Shown here piece by piece: positions 24,386 through 37,619 of a stretch of 64,000 bases of DNA. A model generated the notes under the pieces. That model ran no database searches. It worked only from the letters and a program-made list of their open reading frames with translations, and was not told where the DNA came from. The DNA is from Octopus bimaculoides (Eukaryota). The translations under genes and the position numbers were made by a program. The stretch covers positions 73,410,233 through 73,474,232 of the forward strand of contig NC_068983.1 of the NCBI RefSeq assembly GCF_001194135.2, given 5' to 3'. Numbering within the stretch: position 1 is the first letter of the stretch; each line of letters begins with the position of its first letter.

Positions 24386-25274
24386 ATATGTATATATATA
24401 TNNNNNNNNNNNNNNNNNNNNNNNNNNNNNNNNNNNNNNNNNNNNNNNNNNNNNNNNNNNNNNNNNNNNNNNNNNNNNNNNNNNNNNNNNNNNNNNNNNN
24501 NNNNNNNNNNNNNNNNNNNNNNNNNNNNNNNNNNNNNNNNNNNNNNNNNNNNNNNNNNNNNNNNNNNNNNNNNNNNNNNNNNNNNNNNNNNNNNNNNNNN
24601 NNNNNNNNNNNNNNNNNNNNNNNNNNNNNNNNNNNNNNNNNNNNNNNNNNNNNNNNNNNNNNNNNNNNNNNNNNNNNNNNNNNNNNNNNNNNNNNNNNNN
24701 NNNNNNNNNNNNNNNNNNNNNNNNNNNNNNNNNNNNNNNNNNNNNNNNNNNNNNNNNNNNNNNNNNNNNNNNNNNNNNNNNNNNNNNNNNNNNNNNNNNN
24801 NNNNNNNNNNNNNNNNNNNNNNNNNNNNNNNNNNNNNNNNNNNNNNNNNNNNNNNNNNNNNNNNNNNNNNNNNNNNNNNNNNNNNNNNNNNNNNNNNNNN
24901 NNNNNNNNNNNNNNNNNNNNNNNNNNNNNNNNNNNNNNNNNNNNNNNNNNNNNNNNNNNNNNNNNNNNNNNNNNNNNNNNNNNNNNNNNNNNNNNNNNNN
25001 NNNNNNNNNNNNNNNNNNNNNNNNNNNNNNNNNNNNNNNNNNNNNNNNNNNNNNNNNNNNNNNNNNNNNNNNNNNNNNNNNNNNNNNNNNNNNNNNNNNN
25101 NNNNNNNNNNNNNNNNNNNNNNNNNNNNNNNNNNNNNNNNNNNNNNNNNNNNNNNNNNNNNNNNNNNNNNNNNNNNNNNNNNNNNNNNNNNNNNNNNNNN
25201 NNNNNNNNNNNNNNNNNNNNNNNNNNNNNNNNNNNNNNNNNNNNNNNNNNNNNNNNNNNNNNNNNNNNNNNNCA

Positions 25275-25321
<47 letters not shown>

Positions 25322-25868
25322 GAGTGAGAGAGCAGGGCATGCCATCAAAGTGACACTGGGTAAAATATACGAAGCCCAATATACCCATCATGACTACCCG
25401 TCTGATAAGGGTACACCAGGCACATGTATCACAACCATATGTGCGCGACATAGTGGTCTCTTATCAAGATAAAGAGCACATGGCCTTGCAGGTGGGGCCC
25501 AGTTAGAATTTTCTTCAGGTCGAGTAGCCCATCCCACTCAAAAGGTCCTTGAATAAAGGTTGTTTGAAGATGTCGAACGAAATACCTATGTTTCCAAAGG
25601 TGAATTATTCAAACCCCAAATGATTCCTCTCAACACATGGCTATGATGCTCCCCCACTACTTCTGCTCATGATCAGAGATGCACATATCTTCAGTCACTA
25701 AGGGACATGCTCAACTGTTTAAGGTCAAACAACTGACAAACAAATCTGTGGTATTGAGCAGAATATTTGTTGTAGCCCATCTTTTATGCCAAGACAAAAC
25801 AATGTACATGATAACACTTACAATCAGTTAAGATAAGAAGCCATGCGAACCACTGTCTTGTACTATCG
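25322..25868. repeat. Unclassified ~550-bp element bracketed by (ATT)n tracts
   Basis: A complex sequence block between two (ATT)n arrays. It resembles an abundant octopod repeat I recall, but there is no second copy in the window. Confidence 0.35.
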
Positions 25869-25930
25869 TTATTATTATTATTATTATTTATTTATTATTA
25901 TCATTTATTTATTTATTATTATTATTATTA

Positions 25931-26004
25931 TTCAGGTCACTGTCTGGAATTGAACTCGGAATCTTGGGGTTAGTAGCCCGCGCTCTTAACCACTACGTCA
26001 AATG
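25931..26004 (-). mobile_element. tRNA-like SINE head followed directly by (TAA)n
   Basis: The minus strand has A-box TGACGTAGTGG, an anticodon-like arm GCGGG-CTACTAA-CCCCA and B-box GAGTTCAATTCC. The acceptor stem does not pair, so it is not a functional tRNA. Confidence 0.65.
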
Positions 26005-26374
26005 TAAATAATGTGAATAATGTACATTATTCCTCATTTCTTAAATATATAGAAGTGTATCAACCTTCATGTTTCAATTTTCCTTTTGCGCATAACAAGA
26101 AGTTAATTTCTCTTGCTTTTCCTTGCATGTATAAATATCAGTCTCCCTCAGTTACGTCCTAACGTCTTGAAAACGAAATGAAAGTACATGTACGATAATT
26201 AGGACATGTAGGATAATTATTCCTACATTCACCATGTTTGATAAAAAAAAATTAGAGAACATATTTCATCATAATTGTGGGGTTAAACGACAAAGTGTTC
26301 GCGTAATATTAATGCCCATTCATAACTTCATTTACATCTAGGGCGATTTATAGGAATATTAAATCATCCCGAGG

Positions 26375-26520
26375 AGTTGATTGGTTTTTTTTTTTTATCT
26401 AATTGACCCCACAAAGAAGAAAGGCTAAGTCGGCCTTAGTAGGATTAGAACTTAGAATGTAAAAAGAGTTGTGAACAAACGCTGCAGTCATTTCGTTCAT
26501 TGCGTTGCCGATTCTAACAC
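26375..26520 (-). mobile_element. SINE family A (partial, diverged)
   Basis: ATTGACCCCACAAAGAAGAAAGGCTAAGTCGGCC...GAACTTAGAATG. Confidence 0.6.
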
Positions 26521-26577
26521 TAATGATTTTTGACATCATCCAGGACCATGAATATCAATAACAATCTTAACAGGTTT

Positions 26578-26775
26578 TTACATGGTCGCTCCAACTGCTT
26601 GAAACAGCAGCCGTATAGCCCTAAAATTATACCCTACCGTTTGAAAGGGTTAAAAGAGTATGTATTGAACAAAATATTTCGGAGTACATTATGCATTAAA
26701 CAGACGGAATGGTCAGGGCTTAAATGCTTTTCATTATGGATGCACACCAATCAGAGTCGAGTTAGAGATTAATCA
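26578..26775. repeat. Family D copy
   Basis: GGTCGCTCCAACTGCTTGAAACAGCAGCC...GGAATGGTCAGGGC. Confidence 0.5.
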
Positions 26776-26809
26776 CAATAAATCAAAATTGATTTATCAT
26801 TGACTGAAA

Positions 26810-27090
26810 ATATTGGTTTCAAATTTTGGCAGAAGACCAGCAAATTCGGGGAAGGTGATAAGTCAATTACATCGACCGCAGTACTCAACTGGTACTTATT
26901 CTATCGATCCAGAGAGGATAAAAGGCAAAGTCGACCTCGGTAGAATTTGAACTCAGAACATGAAGACATACGAAAATGCCGCTTAGCATTTCGCCCGACG
27001 TGCTAACGATTCTACCAGCTTATCGTTATATTTTGGCACAATATCAGCAATTTCGGTGGAGAGAGAAAGTCGACTACATCGACCCCATCG
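26810..27090 (-). mobile_element. SINE family A, full copy plus an adjoining partial copy
   Basis: Consensus-like 26810-27025, then a second tail fragment at 27030-27090. Confidence 0.8.
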
Positions 27091-27116
27091 CAAGCCTTAT
27101 GGCGTTTATTCCGACT

Positions 27117-27431
27117 CTTGGATCTTTTTTAAAACGGGGGCCACATTTTTCATTAACGAAACACTTTGAAACTTGGAACACTGGTAGAATATGTCATATA
27201 AAACATCTTTTTCTCTTAGTCTTCTTTTAAAAAAAAGAAATCCCTAAGTTATTCCATGTTAAAGTTGTCGTATTTCTGTAATTTCAACCAATCACTGACG
27301 TCCATTCAGCCGATATACATTAAGTGCCGACTACATAAACAAACGATTCTGAAACAATTCTATCGGTGATAGGGTTAGGGTTAGGGTTAGGGTTAGGGTA
27401 AAACAGCAAATTTAAAAAGAAAAAAGCAAAA
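27117..27431 (+). mobile_element. Terminal arm of a long-TIR element containing (TTAGGG)4; the body runs into the N-gap
   Basis: Begins GGATCTTTTTTAAAACGGGGGCC; near-identical reverse complement of 20748-21058; TTAGGG x4 at 27375-27398. Confidence 0.75.
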
Positions 27432-28246
27432 NNNNNNNNNNNNNNNNNNNNNNNNNNNNNNNNNNNNNNNNNNNNNNNNNNNNNNNNNNNNNNNNNNNNN
27501 NNNNNNNNNNNNNNNNNNNNNNNNNNNNNNNNNNNNNNNNNNNNNNNNNNNNNNNNNNNNNNNNNNNNNNNNNNNNNNNNNNNNNNNNNNNNNNNNNNNN
27601 NNNNNNNNNNNNNNNNNNNNNNNNNNNNNNNNNNNNNNNNNNNNNNNNNNNNNNNNNNNNNNNNNNNNNNNNNNNNNNNNNNNNNNNNNNNNNNNNNNNN
27701 NNNNNNNNNNNNNNNNNNNNNNNNNNNNNNNNNNNNNNNNNNNNNNNNNNNNNNNNNNNNNNNNNNNNNNNNNNNNNNNNNNNNNNNNNNNNNNNNNNNN
27801 NNNNNNNNNNNNNNNNNNNNNNNNNNNNNNNNNNNNNNNNNNNNNNNNNNNNNNNNNNNNNNNNNNNNNNNNNNNNNNNNNNNNNNNNNNNNNNNNNNNN
27901 NNNNNNNNNNNNNNNNNNNNNNNNNNNNNNNNNNNNNNNNNNNNNNNNNNNNNNNNNNNNNNNNNNNNNNNNNNNNNNNNNNNNNNNNNNNNNNNNNNNN
28001 NNNNNNNNNNNNNNNNNNNNNNNNNNNNNNNNNNNNNNNNNNNNNNNNNNNNNNNNNNNNNNNNNNNNNNNNNNNNNNNNNNNNNNNNNNNNNNNNNNNN
28101 NNNNNNNNNNNNNNNNNNNNNNNNNNNNNNNNNNNNNNNNNNNNNNNNNNNNNNNNNNNNNNNNNNNNNNNNNNNNNNNNNNNNNNNNNNNNNNNNNNNN
28201 NNNNNNNNNNNNNNNNNNNNNNNNNNNNNNNNNNNNNNNNNNNNNN

Positions 28247-28293
<47 letters not shown>

Positions 28294-28880
28294 ATGCACA
28301 TAAACGTATATGTATATTATGAAAGTATTCAAAATGATAAATGTGTTTCAAGTTGTCCAATGCTGGCTTGTATCGGAACTGTTAACATCAAAGCGGAATT
28401 AATCCACAGTGTTTGACGATAGATTTGTGTCAGCTTAACGAAGTCTGACTACGCATTGGCTCTCTAATAACTTGCTAACATAACAGATCTAATCTAACGT
28501 CGGAGATTCGTCTTGGACCGCATCTTCGTTTGACCGAGTGCTGTACTCCACCGGCTCTTGATGTTAATGTTAGCTAGCCTCTAGTCGAAACTGTATGATT
28601 GACAGGCAGTAACTTCAAGCAGACAGATATGCAGACCAAAAAGACAAGTAAGACAAGTGGCGTGACAATTAAACTGAGTAAGCAAGTAACTAGAGAGCTG
28701 ATATACAGACGAGATAAAGGAGAAAGAGATATCTAATAGACACGTTCATGGAAGAGATATTTTGGTGAGACCACCCCCACGAATATGGTATCGTCATGTG
28801 AGGACTTCAATTTAATTGAGGAAGAGATTCTCGTAGAAAATGTCTGCAGGAAAATTTGCCAAATTTACTGTACATTGAAG

Positions 28881-28945
28881 CAGCGGTTCCAACGTCTTTT
28901 GCACCACAGACCGGTATCACGCAAGAGAAATTTTCCAAAAGACTA
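28881..28945 (+). mobile_element. hAT/Charlie-type terminal fragment
   Basis: CAGCGGTTCCAACGTCTTTTGCACCACAGACCGG resembles CAG(C/T)GGTTCCCAACCTTTTT hAT termini; no matching other end found. Confidence 0.4.
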
Positions 28946-30172
28946 GAGCATCACGCGCATAACAAAATACTATAAAATGCATAATATATAATGATTATTA
29001 CATATGTAATTTGTATCTATTATTATTATAATTACTATTAAGATCGCAGTCAAATGACTGAAACAAGTAAAAGACACACAAACACACACACACACACATA
29101 TACATGTACAGAAAAATGCAAAAGCACTGCGCAAACTTCAATAAATAATAACATAGAAATAAAATAAAATAATCCGCTGTCCGATGGAGGGGATGGGAGA
29201 GGCTTGCATTAAAAACATTTTCGCGTGAAGCCAGGCTCAATGTTCTTCATTTGTTTTCGGAAACTCTACCTATAGAGGCGTGGGATAATATATATGGTAA
29301 TATGATAATTACAGGCAAAGTCAGCTTCAATAAACACGATATCTTAAAATCAGTTATCAATAGAAATCCATTTGCATAAGTTAAGAGACTATGTAATAAG
29401 TTGTTTACAAGGCAGCAGCAAGACTTTTCGAATAGGGTATCAGTACAAATTGGCATAAATTAGTAACGTCATTTGAGTTAAAGACAACTAATCAATTCCA
29501 AAGTAGGCTTATTAGTTTCAGCAATATGGTCTGTAGCATGATAGAATGAGGAGTATAAATAATATGTGGCATTTTGTTGCATCTCTTCTATATTCTGAGT
29601 CTTACCAAGATTATGTTGCTTTTGTTTTTCGTCTTTCTCGGATCGGATCGGATCGGTTGGTAAACAACTGTTCCCTTTACAATATTTTATGGCCTTGTAC
29701 TAGTGTTAGAAATTAAATATAGTAATGTACTAAAACTAATAAGACTTAATACTAATAGACTTATAAACAAGACTAATACTAACTGTCCCATGTTCAAAGA
29801 CTCAAAGTTGTTTTTGTGGCGTCATGATTTTTTCTTTTTTTCATTTTGGTTTCGTTGGGAATCCTTACCGTGAAGTAATTCTTTAAAAAGTAATTGCTTT
29901 GGAAATCGGAAATCATCAACAAGACCAGTGACATGACCAACCTGTTTCATATAGTGCTTGATGAGGTGAGCTTTCATGCTTGAGGCAGCCTACCTTTTAT
30001 TACACTTCTGTATCAGGTGTGAAAGATTCCTTCCGTCTATGTCTTTTTGGTATGCTACACTAATACAGAGAACAGTAATAAAGAAACAATTTACTTTGTT
30101 TGACTGAAAATGTATCTGATAGAGCAGCGTTTATGCTTACATACATATGTACACACATGCATAAATACATAC

Positions 30173-30213
<41 letters not shown>

Positions 30214-31019
30214 AAATGTACTTTAAGGTAAATCTTTGGCTTGGCTACTTTTTCTAGCAGATCGACCTTCTCTATAGACACTTATTCCTGGTGCCAAGTT
30301 TCAACAATAAAATGTGGTTTGTGAAGTAATTAACTTCTTTGTTAATTACCATTTGTTTTAAAATAGATTATTATATTCTTCCAATATCTTTAGAACATTG
30401 ACATCAAAGTTAGTCGGCAATAAAATAACTATTTTTTTCTTCTTTCAACGACAAATCTTTTGAAGGAAATTTTTTTTTTTTATCAACCAACACCGAATGA
30501 ACCCTTCCATTACAATGCCTTTACTAGAAACGTTGCTCTATTAAAATAAAAATCTTTAGTCTTGGTTTGATTTATGTTTTCTCGCTTTTGAAATCGCTCA
30601 ATATTTACAGACTGCATATTTCCTACGTAAAATTTATGTTTAGAAGATAATCTTGACACCGTAGTTATCAGCGCAAAAGTAAGAATAACATTGGTTATGG
30701 ACTAATATTTTTTTCCTCTCTCACTGCATATTTAGTTCTCGATAGCCTTTTGATGTTCCTTTTATTAACCTTTTTGTTAACCTATTTCTATTGAAATACA
30801 CCACTTTTGTTTCAACTGATTTTGAAAATATTGTTGAATTTAGCGAAATAACTGTAATTAGCTGGTGTTAGGGACATAGATTAACATGAAATTTTGCTGA
30901 AAGATTTTAATTTCAGAGGTGTACTTGCCAGGCAGGTGATCCGATGTGAGACTGTGCTGAAACTAAAACGATTGTAGCGTGGCAGACACACATTAGACTT
31001 TCAAAGACTGTTAACTTCA

Positions 31020-31170
31020 CTAAAACTTTAACTAAGCGATTCGGCAAAAGATCGATAGAATATGTACTAGGCTTAAAAAAATAAGCCCTGGGGTCGAATT
31101 CTTCGACTAAAACCTCTCAAGGCGGTACCCCAGCATGGCCACAGTCTAATAACTAAAACAAATAAAAGAT
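31020..31170 (+). mobile_element. SINE family B 3' part
   Basis: TTCGGCAAAAGATCGATAGAATATGTACTAGGC...CCCTGGGGTCGAA...CAGCATGGCCACAGTC. Confidence 0.7.
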
Positions 31171-31231
31171 AATATGTACACACACATATATTATCTGAAG
31201 TGTACAGTATTATATACCCATCACGGCTATA

Positions 31232-31322
31232 TATATATACGACAGGCTTTTTTCAGTTTCTGTCTACCAAATCCACTCACAGGCTTTGGTCGGCCCGTGG
31301 CTGTAGTAGAAGTCACTTGTCA
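31232..31322 (-). mobile_element. SINE family B core fragment
   Basis: TTTCAGTTTCTGTCTACCAAATCCACTCACAGGCTTTGGTCGGCCCG. Confidence 0.7.
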
Positions 31323-31474
31323 AATTATCCATTGTACTTAATAATAACTGTTTAAGTGAAGTTTACATCCTTTGTGTGTTCTTGAATGACTAGTATCTTC
31401 CGTGCTGCAATAGTTTTAATTTAAATCGTTTTAAAAAGAGGAAGTTTGTACCACAGGACTAAGGACGGTTCCAG

Positions 31475-31650
31475 GTAAAGTTACCCTCTCGAGTCACGCC
31501 GACTCATAAGGGCTGGTTTCCATGGCGTATAAATTACTCATTTTTGCCAGCTGAGTGGACTGGAACAATGCGTTTTGCTAGGAATCGAAACCACAATTTT
31601 ACGATCATGAGTCCAACAACCTAACCACTAATCCACGCCCCTCCACAGAC
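31475..31650 (-). mobile_element. SINE, family C-related (internally deleted)
   Basis: GGAATCGAAACCAC (B-box reverse complement) and CCTAACCACTA (A-box reverse complement); GGTTTCCATGGCGTA tail similar to 47340. Confidence 0.55.
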
Positions 31651-32729
31651 GATTTTCAGTTGGATTGGTATCTAAAGGGTCAAATAAGTAAACAGTAAAT
31701 TACCTATAATTAAGATACCTATTTTCCTTCTCTACCTATTATTGAGATACCTACTTTCCTTCTCACAGAAATTGATGTTATGTAAAACTCCTCCTATTAT
31801 TTTGCGTGTCTCGTTTAGAAAGCCCCCAACTTAAAATGGTTGATGAAACCATTCATTTTTACAAAACTCCGGGGCGTTTATATTACTACATATGCATATC
31901 CCAGTGTACTGGTGAGAGTGAATGATTGACAGCTGATAGTTAGAGCACAAGGGCTGTAAGTGTTGTATATGTTAGTCACTTTCAACAATTTTAGTAATGG
32001 TTGAGTGTGTTTGTATGTATGTACATGAGTACGTATGTATGTAGTATATGGAAAAATACGAGCAAGAGAAATAATATTCTTAAGGTTATAAACCTGGAAA
32101 ATTACAGGACAAGTTATTTACCTTAGAAAAGTTCAGGACAACTTGAAGCTAAGATAAATATATTTTGCTTTTAAAAATAATTAAAAAAAGTTATTTAGAT
32201 CTAATCTTGATTGGTGCGTTACTCTCCTATAACGATGCTACAAATTTTGATGTAAACTTTTTTCTACTGGATCAAATCTCATTTTTTTAATGCCAAAATG
32301 TAGCTAGGGACTAGTCCTCTTCAAAAATGTTAAGTTTTCAATTTGGCTTAGAAATGAATTAGTGACAAGCTCTAAAAGATGCTGCGTGTGAGTAAATTGC
32401 GGCCTTAAGAATAATATTCGACTCCTACCGTAGTTGAATGATGTATGTATGTGTGTGTGAGTGTGTCTGGCTTGAAAATAGCCGAACATGCGATAGGTTG
32501 TACAGAGTTACATGTTACCAGTAGCAATAAGACTCGACGGCCATCCAATGAGAAACCCTAGTCTTCATTTAGACATCCTTCTAGGAGAAGAAAAACTCTG
32601 CGATTTGATTTGTATTCAATGATGCACACTAATTCTTTTTGGGCAAATGCATCGGTTATAGAGTTGGATTCGCTCTGTGAAAGGTATCTCTTCTCTTTAA
32701 AATGCTCCAGACACAGATATCCCATCGTA

Positions 32730-32853
<124 letters not shown>

Positions 32854-32879
32854 AAATCGAATACATATACACAAGCTGT

Positions 32880-33110
32880 GTGTGTTGCTAGTTCGTGGAT
32901 CGGCTACGTTTTAAGAGAATATATTCTCAATGCGCTTAGTATTAAAGACACTTGAAAGTAAGTCATGGGTAAGTGAGACAACTCACGTTAGGTCCCTTTG
33001 CGGGGCGACAGACATCGATGTTTCGTCAATGACACGTACCGAACAAGGCCCGTTGCAAGCCATATCGCCGACTACGACTAAATGCTAAATGGTTTAAAAA
33101 TCATCTGCTG
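32880..33110 (+). repeat. Family E copy with the GCAAGCCATATCGCCGACTACGACTAAATGCTAA tail
   Basis: Aligns with 33160-33350 and 7225-7345. Confidence 0.65.
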
Positions 33111-33159
33111 GCATGTCAGAACGTTTCATGCTATAGAAAAAATTCAGATATTAATGTGT

Positions 33160-33350
33160 GTGTGTGTTGTTAGTTCGTAGGTCGGGTGCATTTTAGTCGT
33201 AAGAGAATATATTCTTAATGCGCCTGGTATTAAAAACACCTGAAAGTAAGTCATAGGCAAGCGAGAGAACTCACATTAGATCCATTTTCGGAGCGACAGA
33301 CATCGATGTTTCATCATTGTGACTTTTCAATGCCACGTACCGAACAATGG
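33160..33350 (+). repeat. Family E second tandem copy (3'-truncated)
   Basis: GTTAGTTCGTAGGTCGG...AAGAGAATATATTCTTAATGCGC...GACAGACATCGATGTTTC. Confidence 0.65.
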
Positions 33351-33364
33351 TTCTTAAACCATTT

Positions 33365-33622
33365 TTCTTAAACAATGGGTCTTAAACCACTTAGCATATA
33401 GTCATAGTCGGCGATATGGCTTGCAACAGCCTCTTTCGGCAAGCGGCATTGAAAAGTGTTGTGTCGACGCCTTCAAGCGAAGAAGTAGGATCGCCCAAGA
33501 CATATAAATAGAGGTAGTCTAGCCGTGGTGGAAGGGTTGAGTGACTGTTGAGTAGCAGTCGTGTAGCGGTTGAGTAGAGATCATCCGAAGGTGCTAGATA
33601 GCAGTAGCTTGAGACATAGCAA
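33365..33622 (-). repeat. Family F element; shares its 3' tail with family E
   Basis: 33460-33620 matches 41092-41245; 33365-33457 is the reverse complement of the family E tail. Confidence 0.6.
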
Positions 33623-33649
33623 AAAGTTACAACAATGATGAAACAGCTA

Positions 33650-34085
33650 CTTGAATATTATCTATTAGTTTAGATGGGTAATCTTGAGAATCGTCCACTA
33701 GAAGCAAGGCTGTATTTTCAAGGTGTTTAGCTTCCGATATTTAATATTCTTCGATAACGCCTGAAAGACGAACTAAAATATATATGAAATAGTTCTGGTG
33801 ATTCACGTCTTTTTATTTGATTGCTATATATTCGTAAGCTTAACGAAAGGCTATATACTTAAATATCCTCTATACTTAAGTATCTAGTTCGTAAGCTAGG
33901 TAAATGAATCTTCTTGTCATCAGATGAGGCAGCTTTTAACAAATCCTCTTCGTATTACCATGACACACTTGAGAATAGCAGCTTCTCCGAGCAGATTCGT
34001 TATTTTGACAATGAAAATATACCCAGATTTCGCAGACTACAACTAGAAATGTTTTGTGGTTTATCCCAACATTTGGTATGAATGT
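33650..34085 (+). mobile_element. Penelope-like RT C-terminal relic
   Basis: Frame-broken SSDEAAFNKSSSYYHDTLENSSFSEQIRY and RNVLWFIPTF, matching the PLE motifs SSNxxxFxxxxPYYxxAL and RxIIWFNPP. Confidence 0.55.
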
Positions 34086-35939
34086 CAAGAGTAATGAAGT
34101 TATAGAATTTTAAAATTTACTCTCTAGGTATTTTCGCAGAGGCCATAAGTATTTTGAAATATTTAACCGAACACTGAAAGTTAGTTATTATTTCTATAAA
34201 AACTTTGCCTCATTTGTTAACCAACACAATGTAAGGAGACTCGATAAATTTATTGGATATGATGATGACTCTAAGTGCAATTATAAAGATCCTAGTAGTT
34301 TCCCTCTAAATGATAATTATCCGATCAAAGGAGTTGTTTTAGAGGACTATGTTCCAAGTTGATAATAGCTCTACATATAAAAGTTAAACCACTGTCACAG
34401 AAAATAGCTCCAAAACGAGTTTTTGTCTACACAAAGATTTCTTTAAATATACAGAAAACAGGTCGTCAACAAGTTTATCAAACCATGTTGGGCAATTAAA
34501 AGAAATTTGTTTTGCATCTTTAAAACTTCAATGGTCTAGCTCGGAAAAAGTAGACCCATGGAGATATGGACACTATCGCTATTCTATAAAATTCCTATTA
34601 TGCTTTAAGTGAAAAATATTTTATGCTGTTTCGAGATAAATCAACCTTGAACTGTAAAGCTGAATATTGAACAGTTGTAGACATTCTTCGAAGTTTCTGA
34701 TTTCGAAACCCTTACTACCGAACGATTGATACATTGGCATCATCATTTCTAACAATCGTATTTGCTTTACGGTTTTTACTATAATTTCGAAAATGTTCGA
34801 TGCATTTTTATGTTTTTGCAATCCCGGATTGTTTTCTTCCGATCGTTATATTCGATCTATGCAATTTTATTGTATCTTTTCGTCATTTAATATGAACTTT
34901 TATCGAGCAAGATAACAGCTATAAACACATTTCTATTCTTTTATTTTATTACTCATTTAAAAAAAAAATCATTACTCCTACCTTGAATTAATTGGATCGA
35001 TTTTTGATATCCCCACGCATATTCTTTTCGTGTCGCAGCATATTTTGAAATTGAATTTCATCTCTTTTGTTTTGATTGGCTCTTTTTCTGTGTATCCGTT
35101 GATTTTTGCATCCTCCTTTTCATCCCCATTAATAATACTTTTAAATCTCTATCTAATTTCACCATCTATTGTACGATTTCTAATCGCTTCCACCCCCATC
35201 TATGAATTGTGCTTAGTGTCTATCCACATTTGATACAAGTTTCTAGTTATAACTATTAGTATCTTTTAACTTAGAATCCATCTGCTCTCCTTTTCCTTCT
35301 CTTTTTCTTCCTTCTTATTTTTCCTATCTTTCTTTTTAGCCACGCCTTGACCATGGACGTTTGCGAGCAACGGCTGTTCAGTACAGTACTGCTGTACGAT
35401 TACATTATCCAACGTGACCTTTCCGTATTTCAGTCAGTGAATACAGAATATCTAAGGGAGATTTGACTGCTTTTTTTGTTGCAGATCGAGGCGCACTTTC
35501 GTTGTCTTAGTTAAAAGGGAAATTACCAGAACTAGTCATCAGAACTTTCAAGATATTCTGTGACAATAACCCAGTACACTGTTTCATCATTTATAACATT
35601 GAACGAAGTCTACCAGATGAAATCCATCACGTTAGATATTATAATTGCATATCTCATTATGAGAGCATGTATATGTAAATGCATTATTACTCTCTCTCTC
35701 TGCACTACCGCTACAGCACTGTACATCCTTACTCATATACATATGTATATATAGTGCCTATGTACAGTGATAATTAGGTGTATGATGCAATGTTATAATG
35801 TATATTGGTTACAAATATCTGTAAACACACACATACGCACACACAGAGGCACAAAACCATATGTATGTGGTAATATGCGTGTAACTGCATGAATGTTATG
35901 CATATTATAGTGCGTCATATATGTATACGCATACGCATA

Positions 35940-36439
<500 letters not shown>

Positions 36440-36772
36440 GTGTTTTATGTTCGTTTGACAATCCTATTTGATCTTAGTAAGCGATCGATAGGTATTATAG
36501 TAATCGGCATGTGTTTGTGTTTTTCTGTGTGCATGCGCTTACGCTTGCGTGTGGACACTGCACATGTATATGTAGGTTTGCACGATCGTGTGTGTGTGCG
36601 TGCGTGTGTGTATGAGTGTGTGTATGCGTGTGTGTGTGTGATCGCTTTGTTTATTACTGATTGATTGCCATTAGTATGTTTGTTATAGCACTAAATATAT
36701 ACACATTGATCTTTTTTCTCTGATGCATCACACTTGCCTTAATACATTAACACTAGCTTTGTTGTGCTGGTA

Positions 36773-36775
36773 GGA

Positions 36776-36830
<55 letters not shown>

Positions 36831-37003
36831 GAAAACGNNNNNNNNNNNNNNNNNNNNNNNNNNNNNNNNNNNNNNNNNNNNNNNNNNNNNNNNNNNNNNN
36901 NNNNNNNNNNNNNNNNNNNNNNNNNNNNNNNNNNNNNNNNNNNNNNNNNNNNNNNNNNNNNNNNNNNNNNNNNNNNNNNNNNNNNNNNNNNNNNNNNNNN
37001 GGA

Positions 37004-37058
<55 letters not shown>

Positions 37059-37302
37059 GAAAACGAGAGAGAGAGAGTGACAAAGAGATAGATAGATGGA
37101 TGATTATAAAGAAAGGAAGAGGATTTCGGAAAAGGGAGACAATAGATGAGAGATATAGAGATAGAAAGGGGGAGAAAGGAGAAAGGGAGAGAAGAGGAAG
37201 GAGAGAGAGAGAGAGAGGGAGAGAAGAGAAAGGAGAGATTTGTATGTGCATCTGTATAAGAGTGTGTGTAAGGTGTGTGTGTGGAATTCAGGATGTATAA
37301 AG

Positions 37303-37342
<40 letters not shown>

Positions 37343-37382
37343 TGAAAGTAAGATAGATAGATAGAGAGATTGATAGATAGAT

Positions 37383-37423
<41 letters not shown>

Positions 37424-37575
37424 AGAAAGAGAAATAGATAGATAGATAGATAAGAAGTGAGAGAGAAACATCCTCTTTATGTGGCTGAATATATGCGTGA
37501 GTGCGGTGCAGCGAACAAAAAAAGGAGTGAAATAAAGATGCATAGACAGAAAAGAGATACATATAGCTATAATGA

Positions 37576-37619
<44 letters not shown>

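Noticed and set aside
25931-26004. tRNA gene with an ACT anticodon
   Set aside because: The acceptor stem does not pair, there is no long variable arm and it is followed by (TAA)n, so it is a SINE head.
36773-37065. 65-bp duplication across an N-gap (36773-36837 and 37001-37065)
   Set aside because: Identical microsatellite-rich ends on both sides of a gap indicate a scaffolding artefact.
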